From Octopus vulgaris (taxonomy: Eukaryota), in the NCBI GenBank assembly GCA_951406725.2, contig OX597835.1, positions 49,848,001-49,912,000 on the forward strand: a DNA stretch of 64,000 bases, in the 5' to 3' direction. Of the stretch, positions 58,301 through 64,000 are shown in pieces (within the stretch, counting starts at the first letter, position 1; every line of letters begins with the position of its first letter). A program made the translations under genes and the position numbers. The notes beneath the pieces were generated by a model that searched no databases, was not told where the DNA came from, and saw nothing but the letters and a program-made list of their open reading frames with translations.

Positions 58301-61300
58301 TTCTGGGTTCAGAACATTGGGCAAGTGTCTTCAACTACGGCCCTGGGCCAACCAAAGCTTTGTGAGTGGATTTAGTAGACGGAAAGTGAAAGAAGCCCAT
58401 TGCATATATATAGATATATGTGTGAGTGTGTGCATGTGTGTGTATGTGTGTGTATGTCTGTGTGTGTCTTTGTTTCTGTGTTTGTCTCCCCCACCACCAC
58501 CACCTGACAGCTGGAGTCGGTGTGTTTATGTCCTTGTAACTTAGCAGTTTGGCAAAAGAGACGAATAGAATAAGTACTTGGCTTAAAAAAGAAACGCTAA
58601 GTCCTGGGATCGATTTAGTTATCTGTTCCTTTCTCCTTCCGAAGAAAGAAAGTAGTAATGTCTACTTATTGAACTAGCGTTCCAAGTGGCGGCTTGTCAG
58701 ATATGTGTACCATCTCTGATTAAAGAAGGGGGAGGGGGAGAGAGTGACAGTGACAGAGAATGTCCCATTTCTTTCCTCTTCCCAAACAATAATTCTTACT
58801 GCCTCAACGACTTCCACCTATTTAACAGTAGCAGGAATTGAAATTCTAACTTTAGCCTCAACATAGAAGTCCATTGACCCAAAAAACATCCTATTACGCA
58901 TGGCTATACATATGTTTACATGGATATCTGCAATTATTACTGATCATAATTTTCTTTTCTCCCCATTCTACGGAAATTCTTCAAATGCCTGACAGTGGAA
59001 CCATGATGGGCGGCAAGATGATAAAGGGAGGTAACATACAGCCAACTTGGGAGGAGTTGTCTCCCTTAGTAAAACAACGATCTTCTTATAGCGACTCTGA
59101 AGTATTGTAAATATTCAGAAACAACAGCCAAATATCACAACGCCGGACTTCAATTTCCGACCATTGAAACAAACAAACAAACAAATAATAAATAAACAAA
59201 CCTATTGATTAAATTGTTCTCTGCTGATTTTATTGATACCGGGATTTAAGCTCAAAAAAGACTTAACTAAACACCTCAAAAGAATTTTGTCTCCTATTTC
59301 CCGCTTTTAATAATAATAATAATAATAATGAAATTATTGTATACAGTGCTCAGATGCACCACAACTTGTCAAAAGTGCGTATAGAGAATATGCAGTAATG
59401 TACAAATGTCTGAGAAATGAACAGTGTATGAGTCAGATACATGTTTGCATGTGTATGGAGGAGAGAAAATCAGGTGTAGTGTTGGCGAATCTCAGGAAGC
59501 ATGGAAGTTTTGAAGGATGCGGTGCTCCGACAACTAACAACTGATGCTGGCAGTTTGTTCCATGCTTCAGCAACTCTTAGCGTGAAAAAATGTTTCTGAA
59601 AGTCATGGGAGCTGTGCTGTCTTCTGACTTTGTAAACATGTCCACAGGTGTTAGACAGATGGAGTTTGAAAAGGTGCTCAGAGTTATTGTTTGTAAGATA
59701 GTTAATAATTTTATGGGTGTCTGCCAAGTCAGTTGCCAGATGTCGGAGTTTCAATGTATCCATGCCCAGGGAAGTAAGGCATTCATAATATGGCAAATGC
59801 CTGATGGAGGGTATTCTCTTGGTTGCACGTCGCTGAACGGTTTCCAGACGATTAATATCCTGGGCAAGATAGGGGTTTCAGACCGGTGATGCAAATTCCA
59901 GGTGAGGCCGCACCATAGCTATATAAAGCTGCAGATAGATAGCCAGAGAGCGGCTCACTTGGTGAGTGGTGCCAAGACACCCTCAGCCTTCTTGGCAATT
60001 TTAGCGATGTGTTTTGTCCAACGCAAATCACTGTCAACAATAACACCCGGGTCACGTTCACATGAAGACTTTTTGAGATTAGTGTTGTGGAGGGAGTAAG
60101 TAGACACCAAAATGCATGGTGGTACATTTGTCCACAGCCAGCTTGAGTTGCCACTCCATGATCCACTGCTGCATTGTGTCCAGGTCTGATTGCAATAAAG
60201 ATCTATAGTGTACAGGATCTGTCCTCTTTATTTCGAGGTACAGCTTCATGTCATCTGCATATTTCAGCACAGTGGCATTCTTTAAGTTGGCATCTTTGTC
60301 ATTAACATATGCAACAAATAAAAGGGGGCCACGAACAGATCCCTGTGGTTCACCAGATGTCATCTCATAGGATGAAGAGTGCTGTCCTAGAACTGTGACA
60401 ACCTCTTTTCGGCTGATAATGAAGGACTTCAACCAGTTATAAAGATCGTCTCTTACACCCATTGCAGAGAGTTTCACCATAAGTCTTTTGTGTGGCACAG
60501 AATTGAAAGCCTTAGCAAAGTCTAGGTAAACAACATTCACCCAGGATCCGCGATCAGTGATTCGGGTAATGTCCTCAAGAAACTCAATGAGTTGATTACA
60601 GCAGCTATCTCCCAAATTGCACTATTGGGTGGTTTTTTTGTGCTTGCGTGGTACCGATGCTGCACATGCCATCCATATTGAATTCAGAATGTTCTGGAGT
60701 ATAGTGTTCACATCTCCAGAGGCACAAAATTCGAGCCAGCTTGGGCATCGCAGCTCGGTACAATAAGAGTTCCAGTCTGCTTTATTCCAGTCGAAGCAGG
60801 CAGTTTGAAGATGGTTGTGGTTTTTGTTACAACCAATCAGAGACAAGTTGGCCATGATCATGGAATGATCAGAGTCACCTAAAGGTTCTTCGGTAGTGAC
60901 ACTAATAATTGTTTCAGGAGAAGCAGTAAATAACAGATCCAAAGTGTTGTTACCCCTTGTGGAGGAGGTAACGACTTGGGACCAATTTGAATTCAGTACC
61001 AGTTCAAAGAAAGGATTTGCACTTTGCAGCCAACAGAGGGCCTCCCAGTCAATCCCCACCAACATCTCCTGTCCCGGTTTTACTTATTGAATACCTAATT
61101 CTCGTCGACAGAATTTTGGAAGGAATATCCACCCCTCAAAGAGCCATGCCCCTTGAGTAAAGAAAAGTGGTTGAAAGTGAGACCAGGGCAAAAATTGAAA
61201 ATTTGAAAAAGAAAAGAAAAAAACTTCAGAATTGTAATATCCGTTGTCTGAACTACACGATTACTAAAAAGACGCAGGCGTGGCTGTGTGCTAAGAACTA

Positions 61301-62441
61301 TAACCTCGGGCCAACCGAAACTTTGTGAGTGGATTTTGGGAGACGGAAACTGAAAAAGCTTGTCGTATACAAATGTATGTGGGCGGGCGCGTGTGTATGT
61401 GAGTTTTTCCCACCACCACCGCTTGGCAACCGGTGTTGGCGTCTTTACATCCTCATACCTCTGTGGTTCAGCAAAAGAGAACCAATAGAATAAGTAGTAG
61501 GATTTTAAACAAATAAGCATTGGGGTCAATTCATTCTACTAAAAATTCTTCAAGGCGGTGCCCCAGCATGGCCGCAATTTAATGATTGAAACAAGTGAAA
61601 AAGAAAAAGATAAGAGGACGGGAAAAAAAAACTATCCTTTTCCTTTTCCCTGTGGCATGGGTCTTTAGAACCCAGCTATTCTGAAACTCCCAGTCGATGG
61701 TGGTGATGACAATATACCCAGAACCATCCTGATTTCCAACATTGGTAATGCTTATTATACAAGCAAAAGTTAAACGAATCCTGACACAAAATTCTAACAA
61801 GTATTTTGTTTGTTCAAAGGTTTCATTGCCCTTCTTTTACTGTGACAGGCACGTCCTGGCCATGCAACAAACAGACCCCAACATTCACATAAACAACAAA
61901 AGTGTTTAAGTCGATGTATCTCTGTTGGTTCAAATGATAGGGAGCCAGTTGTTCAATTAACTGAACCTTCCAGCTCATTAAATTAGCATATAAGTGGAGG
62001 TGTGTTCCTCAGATAAATGTGCCCTTAACATAAGTCTCAGGCAGAAGGAGCTGACATAGTGGAACAACAGATACAATCCATCCAACCAGCTCAGAAACAG
62101 ACTCTGTCTACCCATCATCATCATCACCATCACCACCACACATTGAATGCAGATAACATGCGAAGGTTCGGGAGGAACGAAGCTGGTATGTTCTGCTGGG
62201 GATGCATGTGTGACAGATCATTGGTATATTGAGAGAGAAGTTGAGCATAAGAGGAATTAGATGCAATGTACAAGAGAGGAGACTGCACTGGTTTGGTGAT
62301 GAAGATGATGATCATGATGGTAATGAGGACAATGATGATGATGTTGAAAACAATGGTAACAAAGTTTCCAAGATGAAATTGAAAATGATCACCCACATGG
62401 ATGCACACAAACTTTGCAAAGACAAGATTTGCATACAAGAC

Positions 62442-62478
<37 letters not shown>

Positions 62479-62719
62479 GACAAAAACTTTAAAGGTACCA
62501 TTGAGTTTGCAGAATGTATAGAAAGTGTTTAGAGTGTATAGTCGCGATTACATACCGGGATGCTTTCACACTGCTCCAGAAGTGTGCGATAAACCGAATT
62601 CCATTCAGAGTGTGTACAGACAATTTTAATGTCCATAGGGGGCAACACTACATGTTTTTCCATCAGGAGTTCCCGAGGGGCTTTCATGAGGAAACTGTAG
62701 ATCTTACGGAGAAGAAAAC
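31897..62719 (-). CDS. EXD2: EXD2 orthologue (exonuclease 3'-5' domain-containing protein 2), 5'-partial spliced gene, 10 coding exons in window
   Basis: Manual splicing of 62719-62556, 58127-57967, 55991-55866, 53402-53291, 47612-47409, 38232-38055, 37270-37105, 36689-36492, 32544-32413 and 32158-31897 gives 1703 nt with an open frame and all AG/GT sites in phase. Motifs VLGLDAEW (ExoI), LKIGVG, SNW, YAALD (ExoIII), PLYDNC, CVVCG, KDHVSHD..CPTCH and WRQHF..DHNH match human EXD2 as I recall it. Start exon is outside the window. Confidence 0.95.
32413..32544 (-). CDS. EXD2: EXD2 exon: ALMTNSHKIPDHRLKELHEFLKTSLGVDELTVDVLQKSVTMDVK
   Basis: ttgcag| acceptor and |GTAATT donor; 132 nt, phase 2-2, in frame with both neighbours. 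Confidence 0.88.
33285..33583 (+). repeat. 13-bp minisatellite (AGATTAGGTCACY)n, about 23 copies
   Basis: Directly visible tandem array. Confidence 0.95.
34283..35793 (-). mobile_element. 5'-truncated Penelope-like element: GIY-YIG endonuclease ORF (35793-35242) plus 3' region
   Basis: CGRPNCGIC linker, NLIYVLTC..C..YIGHT, R..H..H, E..FI...PSLN: typical PLE GIY-YIG with Cys/His. Ends next to (TA)n. Left boundary approximate. Confidence 0.85.
34702..35009. repeat. Three tandem ~102-bp units in the PLE 3' region
   Basis: Units start ctgtatc at about 34702, 34806 and 34908 and share ttgaccac..aaaacgtca..tctg. Confidence 0.8.
36492..36689 (-). CDS. EXD2: EXD2 exon: YFPSIMKDHVSHDILLMCPTCHQKA...KIRSAAK
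   Basis: ttttag| acceptor and |GTAAGT donor; 198 nt; HxSHD..CxxCH motif. Confidence 0.95.
37105..37270 (-). CDS. EXD2: EXD2 exon: ELVSENPMVIRLNFEPSGRP...KENICVVCGKPENYLRKNIIPHEYRK
   Basis: tttcag| acceptor and |GTGAGT donor; 166 nt; CxxC of the HNH-like domain. Confidence 0.95.
38055..38232 (-). CDS. EXD2: EXD2 exon: PENKSTF...AYNLRRNPLYDNCQLLAPDNQILCTCDSRKAKWYLYKGLG
   Basis: tattag| acceptor and G|GTTGGT donor; 178 nt; PLYDNC..APD..LCTCD..KA.WYL.KG signature. Confidence 0.95.
40597..40925 (+). mobile_element. tRNA-derived SINE family D (others at 13630-13870, 32640-32960(-), 36035-36240)
   Basis: A box TGGCCCAGTGG, B box GGTTTCGATTCCC, then ttgagcaaaacactt core and a shared gagaactacattaa..tactcagccacttgcac body. 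Confidence 0.7.
42370..42800 (+). mobile_element. RTE-clade LINE fragment (Cys-rich insert plus post-RT region)
   Basis: WPCSICKKGVGRNSLRCTQCKLWTHK..CGRC..LEVVDSFCYLG..ARIRTGWAKFREL. Confidence 0.75.
44700..45080 (-). mobile_element. CORE-like SINE family B (young copy; others at 6860-7130, 9440-9755, 29890-30275, 38360-38750, 48245-48646, 56085-56450, 58255-58615, 61272-61600, 63645-63996)
   Basis: aggcgcaggagtggctgtgtggtaag head, cttgggcaagtgtctt core, internal (TG)/(TA) microsatellite, gactgaaacaagtaaaa tail. Confidence 0.85.
45181..46098 (-). mobile_element. Internally deleted mariner transposon with both TIRs
   Basis: TIRs ttgaatcatcccataaataatg and cattatttatgggatgacccaa; TA flanks; IAPSDYHLF..RW..VVENEGEY transposase C-terminus and DEPRLGR-like N-terminal remnant. 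Confidence 0.85.
46212..46506. mobile_element. Old diverged fold-back element with degenerate hammerhead, abutting (TA)n
   Basis: Imperfect arms (gacaaaggaat..ttatcttatacacttcattagc versus gctaatgaagtgcataagataa..attcctttgtc). On +: GCT CTGATGA (46380)..ctataa..ttatag..GAAA AAGCT GTA AGC. Confidence 0.6.
47409..47612 (-). CDS. EXD2: EXD2 exon with ExoIII motif: MHYAALDALVGVTIFLQLMMTKL...KLMKL
   Basis: ctacag| acceptor and CTG|GTGCGT donor just before an in-frame TGA; 204 nt, phase 0-0; YAALD. Confidence 0.9.
48647..50110 (-). mobile_element. Decayed repeat with internal tandem subunits (Helitron-like)
   Basis: Recurring gttaaggcccc and tatctatggttaaaatttc motifs at about 48840, 49490 and 49720; end resembles the 5' ends of the other Helitron-like copies. 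Confidence 0.35.
51856..52108 (+). mobile_element. RTE-related short repeat family C with (GAT)n tail (others at 31190-31360, 35800-35975, 43750-44000, 46780-46970, 56460-56690, 57335-57525)
   Basis: gtggttggtgttaggaaaggcatccagc..caacccatgctagcatggaaagcggatgttaaacgatgatgat repeated through the window. Confidence 0.7.
52660..53005. repeat. (CAC/CAT/CTC) trinucleotide tract with higher-order units
   Basis: Directly visible; gives the Val/Met pseudo-ORF 52617-53123. Confidence 0.9.
53291..53402 (-). CDS. EXD2: EXD2 exon: TSYSLMNLAKAIINVDMFKDKSITLSNWESEELTKEQ
   Basis: ttccag| acceptor and |GTGAGA donor; 112 nt; SLxxLA...SNW..LTxxQ motif of WRN/EXD2-type exonucleases. Confidence 0.93.
55299..55635 (-). 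mobile_element. mariner 3' fragment with internal inverted duplication
   Basis: NDKEVKTVVKKWLKEQSTDFY on minus strand; TIR-like tacgagagtgagtcaaaaagt after (TA)n; 55517-55549 mirrored at 55598-55631. Confidence 0.6.
55866..55991 (-). CDS. EXD2: EXD2 exon: ILKIGVGISVDVGNLRIDHDLHIRGYLDLRNVLPFIPTQYSV
   Basis: ccacag| acceptor and |GTGAGT donor; 126 nt, phase 2-2; KxGVG..D (ExoII region) and LDLR motif. Confidence 0.93.
57967..58127 (-). CDS. EXD2: EXD2 exon with ExoI motif: VLGLDAEWITRFGRRYPVSLLQLAGKDGLCVLIRLNLLPKPFPSSLKSLLADS
   Basis: tttttag| acceptor and |GTAGGT donor; 161 nt; D-x-E catalytic pair. Confidence 0.95.
59308..61075 (-). mobile_element. Degenerate, 5'-truncated CR1-clade LINE (APE remnant plus RT)
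   Basis: TRGNNTLDLLF/PLGDSDH (APE end); YLDFAKAFNSVPH, SGEPQGSVRGPLLF, KYADD (RT); FFTLRVAEAWNKLP (CR1 C-terminus); frameshifts; (TTA)n tail. Confidence 0.9.
62140..62300 (+). mobile_element. RTE LINE C-terminal fragment
   Basis: LREKLSIRGIRCNVQERRLHWFG (RRLxWFGH motif). Confidence 0.6.
62556..62719 (-). CDS. EXD2: EXD2 coding exon (first in window): FLLRKIYSFLMKAPRELLMEKHVVLPPMDIKIVCTHSEWNSVYRTLLEQCESIP
   Basis: ttccag| acceptor and |GTATGT donor; 164 nt, phase 1 to 0. Joins in frame to VLGLDAEW, like human ..EWDQIEPLLRSELEDFPVLGIDCEW (recalled). Confidence 0.85.
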
Positions 62720-64000
62720 CTGGAATTGGAAGATGAAGTAAGACAATAACAACAACAGCAACAATAAATGCAGTGTGGAAGGGAGAGGCAAGTATAATCG
62801 ATTAGATTATCTTCAGTACTTAATCTGTAAAAGGTTTATTGACACCAGGACAAAAGACAAAACCAACTTTGGCAGGATTTGAACTAGGAACATAAAGGTA
62901 TTTAATTACCACAAGACCTTTTTCTCTATTATTCTTATGATTCTGTTTATCAGCTGCTCTAACAACAACAACATATTAACATGTTAGCATTTAAACTGGC
63001 CTGATCCAACCTCTCACACCTACTCTACAATGTTAGTCTATAAAAATATACAGTCACATCATCGAAATCTCAAGACTACAAGATAATAGAGGATAAATTC
63101 AAATCAAATGTGAATAAGTAAAATAGTCAGAATGGGAAACGGTTAAACAGGAAAATAACTGAGAGCAGCAGAAAGTAAGATGGTAGAATGGTGCTTCCTT
63201 TTATAAGCCTGGGAAGGATGGAAAGATGAGGCTGACGAGGACAGGATTTGAACACAGAATGTAAAGGATCATTCCTCTAAAGGACATCAGACATTTTATC
63301 TGAAACTCTATTGACATTTCTCCAAAGAAGTGGAGATAAATCTATAGAATATAAGGAGGAGGAGGAAGAGGAGGAGGAGGAGGAGAGGAAGAAGAAGAAG
63401 AAGAAGAAGAAGAAGAAGAAGAAGAATCATTTCTACTATAGGCACAAGGCCTGCTCTCTCACTCAATCATAATAATAATAATAATAATGGTTTCAAATCT
63501 TTCCACAGGGGCAGCCATTTTAGGGAAGGGGATGAGTTGATTACATCAACCCTAGTATTTCACTGGTCCTTAATTTATCAGCCCCGAAAGGATGAAACGT
63601 AAAGTCAACCTTGGTGAAATAATAATAATCATGTTTTATCTTGTACTTGCTTTAATCATTAGATTGTGGCCATGCTGGAGCACCACCTTGATGACCTTTT
63701 AGTCAAATGAATGAACCCCAGGACTTTTCTACTGATTTCTTTTGCAAATTCACTAAGTTACAGGGATGTAAACGCACCAACACTGGTTCTCAAGTGGTGG
63801 TGGGGACAAACACAAACGCACACAAATATATATGACGGGCTTCTTTCAGTTTCCATCTACCAAATCCACTCATAAGGCTTTGGTCGACCTGAAGCTGTGG
63901 TTGAAGACACTTACCCAAGGTGTCACATAATGGGACTGAACCCAGAGCCTTGTGGTTGGGAAAGAGGCTTCTTACCACACAGCTACACCTGCACCTAATA

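Noticed and set aside
58620-59170. Unique-looking sequence and ORF 58874-59110 as a nested gene
   Set aside because: No recognisable motif or exon structure; left unclassified.
61579-61800. Minus-strand ORF as a possible extra EXD2 exon
   Set aside because: The 62556 exon already joins 58127 in frame with continuous homology; no convincing donor.

Overview
Eukaryotic, AT-rich DNA packed with microsatellites. The tRNA-derived SINE families suggest an Octopus (coleoid cephalopod) genome, which is inferred and not proven. Most ORFs in the supplied track are translations of simple repeats. One real gene can be rebuilt by hand: a minus-strand EXD2 orthologue (DEDDy 3'-5' exonuclease plus HNH-like C-terminal domain). 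It has 10 coding exons from 62719 down to the stop at 31897, all with AG/GT boundaries and consistent phases (about 566 aa); the first exon(s) lie beyond the window. The rest is SINEs, decayed Tc1/mariner, CR1, RTE, Tx1/L1, CRE-like and Penelope-like fragments, and non-autonomous Helitrons. The most striking unannotated signal is a set of small fold-back elements next to or inside (TA)n tracts, several carrying type-I hammerhead ribozyme motifs with palindromic stem III. The best motifs are at 21654-21743(+), its mirror 20841-20931(-), and 8938-9020(-), the last having no obvious fold-back. A Penelope GIY-YIG endonuclease ORF lies in the same window, so this looks like a retrozyme-like/Penelope-derived family. 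Also notable: a CpG-decay boundary near the EXD2 3' end, a 13-bp AGGTCA tandem array, several near-perfect palindromes, and candidate enhancer islands in the 5' gene desert.
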